From Cyanidioschyzon merolae (Eukaryota), in assembly GCA_000091205.1 (NCBI GenBank), contig AP006490.2: a stretch of DNA of 64,000 bases; one strand, written 5' to 3'. Within the stretch, counting starts at the first letter, position 1. Each line of letters begins with the position of its first letter. Below, one piece after another: positions 46,607-57,252 of the stretch. The translations under genes were made by a program, and so were the position numbers. The notes beneath the pieces are model-generated. The model did no database searches. It was not told the DNA's origin and saw only the letters and a program-made list of their open reading frames with translations.

Positions 46607-48487
46607 ATGAAAGGAGAACGGAAACGCCCTCAGAGGCACGACAGGGACGCAGATAGAGAGCTGGCGTTGCGCCTCCACAACGAAGAAAAACAGGAGCTTC
46701 GAGGTTTGCGTCGCCAGACCCGAACTTCTGCGGATAAAGCTGTTGTGGAAGACGCAACAGTGATGGGTAGACCATGTGAGACAGTCACTGGATTGGATTC
46801 TTTTCTGAGCTCCTGTCTAAACGAAACAGGCCGACATTCACGCCCCCGAGCGAGCAGGAAAAGAACAGTTGAGAACGCTTTTGAGCATTTTTCTGTCGCA
46901 AAATATACAGAAAAGCATGCAAAACTCGAACCTCGCAAGCAAGGTACCAGCGCCCTACCCATAGACGAGATTCAGACTGTGCCAATCAAGGACCTCGATC
47001 AGTTTCCGAGCTGTGTTGGAGTTGCAGAGAACCAGAAAACCTCAAGCAGTCTTCGTAGGCAGATACGGGAGCAAATTAGGCGCTTGAATGATGGATACTA
47101 CATCAACTGTGATCTTCGTTACTTCAACCTTGCGTACTTGCGTGAATGTGTGGGGAATTTCGACGTGGTGCTCATTGATCCCCCGTGGCGCATCGCGGGC
47201 GGCCAGCGAGCGAGCACGCCGAATGGACCCATGTTCACCAATAATCACTGGGCAGTCAACTATAATACGTTGTCCAATGAAGAGATTCTGGATTTGGACA
47301 TTGGATGCCTCTCGAATAGTGGTCTCTGTTTCCTCTGGGTCGTCTCATCCCAGCTGCCAACAGGTATGGCCTGCCTCTCGCGCTGGGGCTACGAATACAT
47401 TGACAAAATCACGTGGATCAAGAAGCGCCAGGGGAAGCTCCACGTGAGCCACGGGTATCATTTCATGCATTCATCTGAATTGTGTCTCATTGGGGTCAAG
47501 CGGCCCTGCGAATTCATTGGAAAAGTTTCAAACGATCTCATTTTCGCAGAGGTGCGTGAAAAAAGTCGCAAACCAGATGAATTGTACCATGTTGTTGAGA
47601 CAATGCTTCCAGGTACTGCCAAGATAGAGCTTTTCGCTCGGAACCACAATATTCGCAGAGGCTGGCTGAGTTTGGGTAACGAGCTCGGTGAGCAGTTCTG
47701 CGACTGGTTCAATGACTTCGAATGTGACATGTGCGGAGCACGCATTCATTTCGGTGAGAGGCGGTACAAAGCGAAAAATCGACCCAATTCGGACTTTTGT
47801 CGGGACTGCTATCTGGAAGCAATTTCCGCAGGAGTGACAACGGAAACAGAGTGGTTCGAGCTGGCTAATGATGCCGCAGATCCTGTCTATCATGAGTACT
47901 ACGAGTGCAATCATTGCAACATCTATCCCCTTTGGGGAGTCCGCTTTCATAGAGACCCAGACATGGATCTTTGTGAGCAGTGCTATGATGAGCTGGTAGC
48001 CAATGACGCGGAAACAGAGGATGCGTCCAATAATGCACGCACCAGCAGCCCTGACGACTGGACTGCGATCGAGTCTCCTATTTGCGGCGGCTCGTTACCT
48101 GTCCACCGCAATATTCGCTGTTCATCCTGCCTCCAGTGTCCGATCATTGGATACCGCTTCTCATGCACCTGCTGCGAGAATTTAAGCTTGTGTCAAAAAT
48201 GCTTCTTTCAACAAAAATGCCCCAAAGGGCACAATGCAGATCATGACATAGTGATCATTGTCGATTCTGAGGCCGCACTGAACGCGCTTGTTCGGTGCGA
48301 TGGATGTGGAATTCGCCCCATCCTTGGTACGCGATACAGATGCAATACCTGTTACGCCTTTGACCTGTGTGAGACGTGTTACAAGAAAGTTGAGCAAGGA
48401 GAATACGATTTGCAACAGGTTTCTCAAAAGAAGTTAGCGGAACACAATCGATCTCACGCGTTTTCAGCGATTCCCGTCTCAGCCTGA
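46607..48487 (+). CDS. MT-A70 family adenine-N6 methyltransferase fused to four C-terminal ZZ-type zinc fingers
   Basis: MT-A70 core with catalytic DPPW (NFDVVLIDPPWRIAGG) and downstream blocks (LCFLWVVSS, ITWIKK, ELCLIGVKR, ELFARNHNIRRGW). It is followed by four C-x2-C...C-x2-C ZZ modules (CDMCGARIHFGERRYKA...CRDCY; CNHCNIYPLWGVRFHRD...CEQCY; CSSCLQCPIIGYRFSCTCCENLSLCQKCF; CDGCGIRPILGTRYRCNTCYAFDLCETCY). The track start at 46574 is GTG immediately after an in-frame TGA; the first ATG is at 46607. Confidence 0.85.
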   Translation: MKGERKRPQRHDRDADRELALRLHNEEKQELRGLRRQTRTSADKAVVEDATVMGRPCETVTGLDSFLSSCLNETGRHSRPRASRKRTVENAFEHFSVAKYTEKHAKLEPRKQGTSALPIDEIQTVPIKDLDQFPSCVGVAENQKTSSSLRRQIREQIRRLNDGYYINCDLRYFNLAYLRECVGNFDVVLIDPPWRIAGGQRASTPNGPMFTNNHWAVNYNTLSNEEILDLDIGCLSNSGLCFLWVVSSQLPTGMACLSRWGYEYIDKITWIKKRQGKLHVSHGYHFMHSSELCLIGVKRPCEFIGKVSNDLIFAEVREKSRKPDELYHVVETMLPGTAKIELFARNHNIRRGWLSLGNELGEQFCDWFNDFECDMCGARIHFGERRYKAKNRPNSDFCRDCYLEAISAGVTTETEWFELANDAADPVYHEYYECNHCNIYPLWGVRFHRDPDMDLCEQCYDELVANDAETEDASNNARTSSPDDWTAIESPICGGSLPVHRNIRCSSCLQCPIIGYRFSCTCCENLSLCQKCFFQQKCPKGHNADHDIVIIVDSEAALNALVRCDGCGIRPILGTRYRCNTCYAFDLCETCYKKVEQGEYDLQQVSQKKLAEHNRSHAFSAIPVSA

Positions 48488-49192
48488 GGAAGGCAACTGA
48501 CTTTCTCGATTTCTGAGTTATCTCTTTTCGGCATGATGCAACCCGGAGAAAATCTTGGAATCCCTCTGGTATGCTGATGAATCCTGTCGAGGGAGCTCCA
48601 CGCAAGTTTTCGAACCTTCAATTCGCCTCCGGATCTATACGATAGATCTGGATCCATCCGGACGTTGCCTACCTGGAAGCACGCACGTGTGAAGCGAGCG
48701 GGTAGTCGTTTCCCACACCTGCTGAAAGGCCCTCCACGTAAACGTACCATGAATGATGCACTGCTCGCGACGAGATCCTTCGCTCGTTTCTCAGGAATCC
48801 TTAGTTCAGTCGCTCGAATTTGCGTTGCCGGCGATCTCATGATCCTGATCTGTACGTTACAAGCCGATGAATTCGCTGCGATAGGTAAATTTCCGTTTTT
48901 TACTAAATACCGAGGAAGCGCTCTCAAATATATTTCAGGACTGTGACGTGAAACAAACCTCACAGGTCCCCATTGCGACCCTCTTTGCACAACGCCTCGT
49001 GATCCACCGAGCACATGGTGCTGAGTGTGCGTGCTGGCGGCGTTGCGAATCACCGAGCAACAGACATTGACGCCCGCAATGTGTCGCGGTGTCTAGAGTG
49101 AGGCGCTCTACGCGCGAGGACGTGCGCCAAAGATGCTAGCAGCACGACTTCAATCAGAGCGCATATATTCATTGATTTCGTCCCCAGATCAT

Positions 49193-50011
49193 TCAGGAAA
49201 CAGCTGACTTCACAGCAGTTTCATTTTTCTGAGAACTTTCAACCTTTTCATCCTTTTCTAGAGACCCCGGATTCCGTTTGTGAAGGAATCGCGAAAGATG
49301 CTGCGGCTTGAGAGTCCAGACCGCCTGATTGCCTACCACGACCGTTTCGAAATAGTCATTGAGCGCAAGTGTATGCCGGATCGCGCTTTTAATCCACATG
49401 TGGTCGTGGACATTTGGATGCAGCTCGAACACGCGGTCGACTATGTCGTCATAGAGCATTCTATGCCCCTCCGCAGAAGCGATGAGTTCACCGAGGTATT
49501 GTGGCAAGTCGTTGATGAGGCGCTGAGAAATCTTGCTCTCCGTAAGCGGTGCTCGATGCCCTCCTTGCTCACTCTGAGCCATAGTAAGAGGCGTCTTGTA
49601 CCGCAAGTCTGCACCGCCTAGTTTCTTCCTTTTCCGAGGTCCAAGTCCTTTCGCGCAAGGCAGGAGAAACCAAAGCGTACAAGAGCCGGCCTGCAGAACG
49701 TCCTGGCTTCGAAGCTGAACAGGTGCGCTATTCGGGCAAACGAACGATCCGTTCACTTCCATCCCGTTTTTCCCCTGAACAAATAGTTCGAAACTCTGCA
49801 TATCTACGTTCAACGCGATTGTTGCGTGGATTCGGGACACTGCACGGTCCCGAGAGGGCAACCATAAGGTATACTCCGAAGCCAACCCAGCAGTTTTGTT
49901 GCTGCTTCGACCTATGGTCAAAGTAGGCTTGGTCATATAGTGACTTTGTGACTCGGTTATGATTTTCGCATAGAGTATAGCTGGAACTTTCGTCTCTGCT
50001 AAGTACGGCAT
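49193..50011 (-). CDS. FHA-forkhead transcription factor (Fkh1/Fkh2/Fhl1/FoxK-like architecture)
   Basis: N-terminal FHA: TLTIGRSS...AVSRIHATIALN...FELFVQGKNGMEVNGSFV. C-terminal forkhead domain: YLGELIASAEGHRMLYDDIVDRVFELHPN...MWIKSAIRHTLALNDYFETV...AVWTLKP, which matches W-x-N-S-I-R-H-N-L-S-x-N-x-x-F and the GKG-x-x-WTL-x-P wing. The track start is TTG at 50030-50032; the first ATG is at 50011. Confidence 0.8.
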   Translation of the reverse strand: MPYLAETKVPAILYAKIITESQSHYMTKPTLTIGRSSNKTAGLASEYTLWLPSRDRAVSRIHATIALNVDMQSFELFVQGKNGMEVNGSFVCPNSAPVQLRSQDVLQAGSCTLWFLLPCAKGLGPRKRKKLGGADLRYKTPLTMAQSEQGGHRAPLTESKISQRLINDLPQYLGELIASAEGHRMLYDDIVDRVFELHPNVHDHMWIKSAIRHTLALNDYFETVVVGNQAVWTLKPQHLSRFLHKRNPGSLEKDEKVESSQKNETAVKSAVS

Positions 50012-50031
50012 TAGTGCCCTCGCGAACGCCA

Positions 50032-51501
50032 ATGACTAAACGACAATTGGCACTGTATATCGCGGTTTCCATGAAAGTGCTCCAAAGCTGTCGCTTCGGC
50101 CAGTTGCGAAAACTTTTGTTGATTATCGTGCTCGCTATTTACATAAGAGCGTCCATAGGCCTCTTCCCTTACTCTGGAGAGCACAGACCTCCAAGATTCG
50201 GAGACTATGAAGCGCACCGTTACTGGAGCGCAGTGACGCTGCACATGCGGCCAGTTGCGAACTGGTATACGCATCCCGGTGACTACTGGGTTATAGACTA
50301 CCCGCCCCTATCCGCTTATTTGGCTTTCGCTATTGGCATTTGCGCAAGACTTTTAGATTTTGAGGGCGCGGTGCAAGCCGACGCCTACGGTTACGAGAGC
50401 GAGTCGAGTCGTGCTTTCTTCCGGGGGACTGTGCTGCTTGTAGACTTGCTGTTCTTTTTCCCAGCAGCATATTTCGCGTCTGGTGGCGATCTCAACCGCT
50501 TTGCGTCCCTTACCCTGTTTCAGCCCTGCTGGATTTTGATCGATCATGCCCACTTTCACTACACATGTATCCAGCTAGGTTTCATCCTATGGATGATCGC
50601 GCGATATCGCACAATCAAGCTCACTATGATAGCGACAGCGGTGCTCTTCAAGCAGACATCCATCTACTTCCTGCCCGTCCCTGCAATGGACGCGCTGCGA
50701 CAGGCATGGAGGCGAGCGTTCCCAGACAACGATGTCCTTTTTTCCGTTCTTGTTGCTCTTTTCATCCTGTACCCGTTCAAGTTGGACGCTTTGTTAAGGA
50801 GGGTGTTCCCATTTCATCGAGGCGTTTTCGAGGACAAGGTAGCAACGTTTTGGTGTACAATATCGCCGCTGCTGCGTCGAACTGGGCTCCTACGGAGCAG
50901 GTTTCTGCCCCCAGCCTGCGGGCTCATGACCCTAGTGGCAGTTATCCCGTTTCTTATGGGCTCACCGGGTCGTTGTATTACGGAAAGCGATCGTCTTCGG
51001 CTATGTATTCGACTCACAGGGTGCTCGCTTGCGTTCTATCTTTTCTCGTACCATGTTCATGAGAAGCATATTCTCCTACCACTTTTGCCGCTATCGTTAT
51101 GTGCCCATGAGTATCCTGATATCATCATTTGGGCCACTTCCACGGCAGTATTCTCTCTCCTGCCTCTGTTTTTGCATGAAGGCTCAGCGATGGCGCTAGT
51201 AGCGCTGATAATTTGGACGTGTTTAGGAAGAGGTCGCCGTCCTTCTGTAGCCTGGATGCTTCTCGCCCTTCCTCTTGGAATACTTCTCGCTGTTGACGGG
51301 AATCCTTTTCGGGAACGTTATCCGTACTTGCTTCCTTACTTCGTTGCAATCTTCTGCTTCCTGAACTTTCTTATGCTCCTGCTTTGGTGTTACAAAGAGC
51401 ACGCAAAGTTGTCGGGTTGCTCTTTCACTGTCGAGGGCGCTCGGAACTTGTTGTTTCGCTCCTTGAATTTTTCGAGGGCTCCGCCACAAAAACTCTCATA
51501 A
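50032..51501 (+). CDS. ALG6/ALG8-family dolichyl-P-glucose glucosyltransferase (GT57)
   Basis: Multi-TM protein with GDYEAHRYW, WVIDYPPLSAY, LIDHAHFHYTCIQLGF and YHVHEKHILLPLLPLSL, matching ALG6/ALG8 signature blocks in order. The track start at 50014 is GTG; the first ATG is at 50032. Head-to-head with the FHA-forkhead gene: their first ATGs are ~20 bp apart. Confidence 0.8.
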   Translation: MTKRQLALYIAVSMKVLQSCRFGQLRKLLLIIVLAIYIRASIGLFPYSGEHRPPRFGDYEAHRYWSAVTLHMRPVANWYTHPGDYWVIDYPPLSAYLAFAIGICARLLDFEGAVQADAYGYESESSRAFFRGTVLLVDLLFFFPAAYFASGGDLNRFASLTLFQPCWILIDHAHFHYTCIQLGFILWMIARYRTIKLTMIATAVLFKQTSIYFLPVPAMDALRQAWRRAFPDNDVLFSVLVALFILYPFKLDALLRRVFPFHRGVFEDKVATFWCTISPLLRRTGLLRSRFLPPACGLMTLVAVIPFLMGSPGRCITESDRLRLCIRLTGCSLAFYLFSYHVHEKHILLPLLPLSLCAHEYPDIIIWATSTAVFSLLPLFLHEGSAMALVALIIWTCLGRGRRPSVAWMLLALPLGILLAVDGNPFRERYPYLLPYFVAIFCFLNFLMLLLWCYKEHAKLSGCSFTVEGARNLLFRSLNFSRAPPQKLS

Positions 51502-54500
51502 CGCTATGAGCCGGCACTACAGTGAGCGAGAAGCGTCGTTCCTGCCAAGTTTGGGGCGTAGGACACCATACCTCTTCCACCGCATCGTACAAGACGAGAT
51601 TCTTGAGACCGTCGACGCAGTAAAGCCTTCCTCTCACGCGCTGGCGCTCGTCCTGGAGCAGCACTAGAAGTTCACGGTGAAGCAGTGACTCAAGGAACGC
51701 CCTTCCTTCGTTCGCATTGTGGACGCCCATGAGTTTGTAGACGTCTCACCTGTAAAGCGAGATGCAAGAGCCTACGCAGCTACCGCTCTCAAAGTGAAGC
51801 ACATAGCTTGACGGCTAGCGCATTAAGATAACATTAATAGTTTGGATCTCTATTGTATGGGAACTCCGACCAGACGGAAGCTGCACACAAGCAGCAGCAC
51901 ACAGCCTGCCGTTCCTTGCACTCGAAAAAAACCTCATTTGTCTGCAGTGTTCCACGGGGGCGCCAGCCTCCCTCGTGGAGTGCGCACCATGGTGGCGTTC
52001 GCGAAAAACTTAATGTCCTCTTGTCTGAAGCCTGAAATCCCGTGTATTTATGGTGTATCAGTGCAAGTCTGAAAGGACATGCCCGTATACGCAAGCTCTG
52101 CCCGTGGTTAACGAGTGAAACTATGTTGTTTGACGCTTGCGATGGCATTGTTTAGCCTCCCTTTCACGGCCCGATCTAAGCGACTGTATCCCAAGCGCTC
52201 CAGCGAATGCCTCTGCTACGCCTGACAAACCGGGAAACCATGTCGTTAGATTGATCGAGCCTCCACATTCTCGGGTTTCATCATAAACTGGAACCGGTGG
52301 CTCGTAGGGACTCGTGTCAAGGTATTCATCCAGCCTTCACGCCGGGTGTTCATCTCCAAATGGAATTGGTTGAACGGAGGAGCGTCCGTGCTAAAGTCGG
52401 GATCTCCCAGTCGCTTTTATGTAGAGGAGTGAAATGCAGAACACGTATACAAGCACATTCCTCTCGGTCTTATTTATTTTTCCCATTGGTAGTCAACAAA
52501 ATCACTGTTGCGTTTGTACTAGAGAAAGACTGCAGAAAGACCTGATGCCCTCATTGCTGGACATCGAACAAACCGGCTTTACCTCTACAAGCCAGTTATT
52601 TGATGCTAAGCATGTGGACCTACCGCCCTTCTCGTAGTCCTCATTCTGAGCACCGAGCACCAAAAGCAGTACTCATCAGTCGCTATCTACACGACTGTCT
52701 CCTCCTCAATCATTTCCACTCGATTCTTTTTCGAAGAAAGACTACTGAGGAACCCACAAAACGGTGATCACCCTTTTCGTCCATACGAAGGAGACAAAGA
52801 AACACGGACTGATAGCAATAAAATCGCGCTTCTAGAGGAGACCGTCGAGGTTTTTTGCAGTATGCTGTCGCTTTGCGAATGAAATGAGAACGTTCGTTAC
52901 GGTACGGACGGTTGTTCGTCTCATTTGATGCGGCTTCATTCAGGAGAAATGCTAGACCTATTAATAGGTAATCAGAAGAGTGCAAGCGAATGCTATTAAA
53001 GCCGAGAGGAGCGAGAAGGACGATAACAGCTCTAATCGCGATTCAAACATATGGTTGCGTCCAAATTGTCCAATGGACATTATTGTGCAGCACCGTATCC
53101 TTCACTGAAGCACTCATCCAGTCTTTCTTCATACATTCTTGTGTCCTGCTATCAGACAGCATCGATTCCCTTGTCTTAAAAGAGGGCAATTGTACGCAGG
53201 CAGGATTCGCACTCAGCTGCTCTTCGTCCCAGCATATTATCCCTGGTTGTGTCATGTCGTCAGCATTAACCACCTTGTCAAACGACACTTCTACCCTACA
53301 GCTGCAGTAGACGAGTCAATCGCAACTGTTGCACCATTCTTCGAAGAGTCTTTGAAGGAGAATTTGTGTCCAGTGTTCATTTGTCCTGAACTGATTTGTG
53401 GCTCCTCTGCTTGTCGCCGGGAAAGAGCCGAAAGGCTCGCAAAGTTTCGATATCTTTCTCGCGATGTGGTAAGTGACGAAGATATTCCTGAAGATTGATA
53501 AGCTACAGCGTTGGACATGATGGAGTGCGCAATGCCCGTGCTCATACTCCTTCCAAAAGAGCATAGAACGTGTGAAGAAAATCTATTCTCTACGATTTTC
53601 ATCGATGAGTTCAGGTTGACACACGCATTACGAGCGCGGATGCACGCTGAAACTGATACGGAAGTCGACAGTGCAACAGGAGCCGATACACGAGCTGTTG
53701 TATGGTAAACTGACCAACAGCGAGATTACGAAGCCATCAAAGGCAAGAGACTTGATATTACGTGATTTCAGTAGTAATTATGCGCACGAGCACCTTCTGC
53801 ACAGAGACTTGAAAGCTCTGATCAAAATCCGGAAATGGTCCCGGCCTCCAGAGCGCCCAGTTCCTTTATGCCAAGCGAAATTTCGAGCAATTGTTTTTTG
53901 CACAGTGTGGTCACGAAGTTGAAACGAGAATGATTTGCCATTATAAGAGTCAATTGCAAAGAGAGAGGACGGTGGATTCTCGCACGGAGTGAGGTACTAG
54001 AATGGTACGGTCCACATTTCAAGGCTGGAGCGCTATTTATCCAACGCAAATGGCGTCGCTGGGCACTTAGCAGACGATAATGGTGTTCATTTGTTCGATA
54101 TTACTGAGCATGCATATAGCTATCCCTGATTTGGCAAATTTTAATTACACTCATCGATTCTGCAGCCGAAACTCTACGACATCTGGCCTTCCCAAAGCGC
54201 GCGCGTCAGTCATATTATCGAAAAGACGCTGGTCTGCTACAATTTGGCTTGCTTGTTCTGCTCCCCGATCGAGACTCTTCGTAAGAGTTTGCTCGCAAAT
54301 ATCAACCGCTCTGGCTGTATCGAACGTCGCTTTGGTACAGGCGTCTATGATGTTGATGTCCGCAAGGCCCTGCTAAGCTAAAACCAAACGTTTCACGACG
54401 ATCGAGGAAAGCTTTTCAAACGAAACGCTGCATATTCGTGGGAGAGTTTGTATCGAGATTAGGCGTATTGCACCGATCGAGCATCGAGAAATAGACGACG

Positions 54501-55572
54501 CCCTTTCAGAAAGACATCTGCTCTATATACCCCATCCAGATGGCCCGTATACTTCACACCTTGCTCTTGCATCTGTCGGCACTCGATTACAGTTTGCTAT
54601 ATTTTTCAGACCTGCAGCGTTCCCCAGTATGGATTTGGGATTCTAAACCAGGACCCGCACTTGAATTTGTTCATTTAGGCCAAGAATGAAGCATGCTATT
54701 TCGATATCTTCTGGTTACCAGCCGACAATGAGCTCGCAAGAGGACGACGGCCGCAACCAATGATCACATCAAGCAATACACTTATAGGCAATGATCCCCG
54801 TAAAGGCATCCCGTCGAGGTGTTCGATCGCCTCTCGTGCGAAACATATGCAGTTTATGAATGGCATAGTCGAATGTAGAATTTCAGTACAATGGGAATTG
54901 GTCGACATTGTCGGTAAACGCCGTGCCCGCAAGTCCGCCAAGTATCCGGAACGTGATCGAGAGAAAGCTTTTCCACGCGTTCGCTACTGTATCATTAAGC
55001 TCGATGGCAACACGTGATCCGAAACACTTTTCTTGTGCTTCCGGATGGTCCGGTCGGCTTCATGAATCCTGCATCCCTTAACCCAGCACGAGTGCATTGC
55101 GCACAGCAGACGCAGCATACGAAATTAGGCGCAATGCATTCATGATATCTGCGAAGGTCTTTCTGATCCTACTGGCAACTTACTCGCGCAGGCGAAGCCA
55201 TGAGATCGCCAATAGGCCCAGATTGCGCTTGAAACCGACAAGAACAAAATTGAGAGGACGTCAAACACAAATGAAACGTTTGGGGACCGACTGTGCACAG
55301 GATGAACACACTGATCAAGGAGGCGTCCAGTGATGGAGTCAATCAGTCGTCGTGTTCTGATTCATGCGTTGCATTCGCCTCCTCTGGTCGATTTTCATAC
55401 GTATGCGAGCCCAAATTCCTTTTTGTCATTTCCGAAACCTTCGGGCTGCGTTCTGGTGGGCTGGTGGATGAGGTTTGCAAGGGGCCCAGCGTTCTCAGGT
55501 GTGGAGACCTTGCTGAAATCCGGTACAGTAGCGTAGGATCCCTAGTCGGTATGAGTATGATCAAAATCACGC

Positions 55573-56337
55573 TTATAGCGCACATCTAGACATGCTTGCT
55601 TTGATCGCGCGCTCGAGAAGAACCAAGTGCGACTCTAGTACCCACCGTCTGTGCCCCCACAGCGCCGACAATGGCTCGGATGATTGACTGCGTTCGCCTA
55701 TGATGATGCAGTAATCTGAGGTTTCCCTCAGGTGATAAACCGATAGTTGGAAGCCGCGTGAACCAGTGATGCTCCACATCCTATGTCCGAAATGATTCAA
55801 ATTCATGCAATCATCATCTCGTGACGTGTATCGTGCGAAACGGTGCCGGGGAGCGCTCAGAACATCGAAAATTGTATCCGCAGCATACGCTGCAGATGCG
55901 AGAAAGAGGGGCCCTATCATATCACTTACGTTATTTTCACCGCTGTCCGTTGCAGCGCAATAGCTAGCCAATACTTTGGAATCGCTCTTTCGCAGGAGGA
56001 GCGCCCGTCTAACGTTTCGGTTACGAAACGTCTCGTCTATCCAGCTCGCGAAAATTGAGCTAATATCGTGCTTCCCCTCCGATGAGGCCTCTGACGAAGT
56101 TTTCGGCGCGTCTGCGATCGCGTCCCTACTTTCAGCGGAGACTTGCGAAACTGACAGACCGGTGCAGTGCGCTTTCGTTTCGCCCGGCAGCTCGTTCGCC
56201 GGCTCCTGCTGCGGTGCCTGAGGTGTGTCGTTACTTAGTGCTTCGAGATTTGCTGGTAGTCCACCACGGTTCTCAGTCCCAAAGTCCCTTTCAACGGCCA
56301 AGCAGGGAAAACAGGTCCTGAGTAACCGCGAAGTCAT
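55573..56337 (-). CDS. hypothetical protein (~254 aa)
   Basis: 285-codon track ORF starting at a TTG (56430) that overlaps the last codons of the Fanzor-like ORF in another frame. The first ATG is at ~56337 (MTSRLLRTCF...). No recognisable domain. Lies immediately downstream of, and co-oriented with, element copy d. Confidence 0.4.
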   Translation of the reverse strand: MTSRLLRTCFPCLAVERDFGTENRGGLPANLEALSNDTPQAPQQEPANELPGETKAHCTGLSVSQVSAESRDAIADAPKTSSEASSEGKHDISSIFASWIDETFRNRNVRRALLLRKSDSKVLASYCAATDSGENNVSDMIGPLFLASAAYAADTIFDVLSAPRHRFARYTSRDDDCMNLNHFGHRMWSITGSRGFQLSVYHLRETSDYCIIIGERSQSSEPLSALWGHRRWVLESHLVLLERAIKASMSRCAL

Positions 56338-56422
56338 GCTGAGAACCCGCTGCCGACAGCGAACGCCTTTCAAAAGAAAAACGTTGCTGCCGGCGGTGGA
56401 CAGGAGCAGCGAGGAAGCCGCC

Positions 56423-57252
56423 CTAGACAAGACGTCTCCAACTTACGTACAGACGCCTCCCAGTCTCTTTCGACCGGCCACCCACTACTGGTTCCAACTT
56501 TTTCTCATATAATCCTACCTTAAGCGGTTGTCCAACAAAATATTCTCTTGTCAACTCCGGAGGTCTTCTTTCCATCACCGCACATTTCCTTATATTGATA
56601 GCGGCGTTAAAGTTTCGATTCACAAACTGCATGCGTTTCTTGCCATTGGTAGTTGGACTCACTAGTGCAAGTAGTCCACGAACTTTCGTCCTCCTTTCCA
56701 CTTGCTCTTTCGTCAGCGCTCCGAACATTTTTATATCCTCAGGGGTCTGCTGGCACTTTTCATCTCCAATCTCTGACGTTTACACCCCAATTGGTGGTGT
56801 GTATTGGTCGTTCGGAACTCATCTATCGGTATCGTGACGAAACGGTATGCGCACTCCTTGTACGCTCGTGTCGTTGGAGATGGCGCACACCTTTTTTTCG
56901 ACGCCCAGCGCCTTGCTCCGTATGCCACTACGAGCCTCTGACTCTTGTGCTCCTTCAGGGCGCTCAACTGATTGAAAAAGTTCGCGAGCGCGCGCCGCTT
57001 CCCACAATACAGGTTCACACGCAGAGGAGCCCACCGGCGATTTGTATACTCTTTCCACAGCGCCTCCCAATGAGCAGCGCGAACTTCCATGAATTTCAGA
57101 AAAGTCTGAAAGTCCGCTCCGCGGCTCGTCACCTCGCTCATAGCTTCCAGGTGGTCCTTCATTCCTTCGTTCCACATCTCGATTTTCTTCCTCGCATTCA
57201 TCATACCGGATTCTCGATAGTATCTCGCTCTCGAGAGCTTTAAAAGACGCAT
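56423..57252 (-). pseudogene. Fanzor1/TnpB-like RuvC nuclease C-terminal region (RuvC-II + RuvC-III), frameshifted or intron-containing
   Basis: ORF 56731..57252 ends ...QRLVVAYGARRWASKKRCAPSPTTRAYKECAYRFVTIPIDEFRTTNTHHQLGC. This aligns with ISDra2 TnpB, as I recall it, at ..VVEDL...LEYKAKWYGRELIIADRFFPSSKLCSNCG. The canonical RuvC-II E is replaced (VVAYG) and a D-E sits in the pre-zinc-finger IDEF position, which matches the Fanzor1 pattern. ORF 56423..56728 carries GKKRMQFVNRNFNAAINIRKCA (RuvC-III, D/N-x-NAA-x-NI). The two ORFs are in different frames, and the zinc-finger cysteines are largely missing. Confidence 0.6.

Noticed and set aside
50014-50032. Apparent 19-bp overlap of the divergent forkhead and ALG6/8 ORFs in the track
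   Set aside because: Artefact of the ORF track calling GTG/TTG as starts. With first ATGs the CDSs do not overlap.
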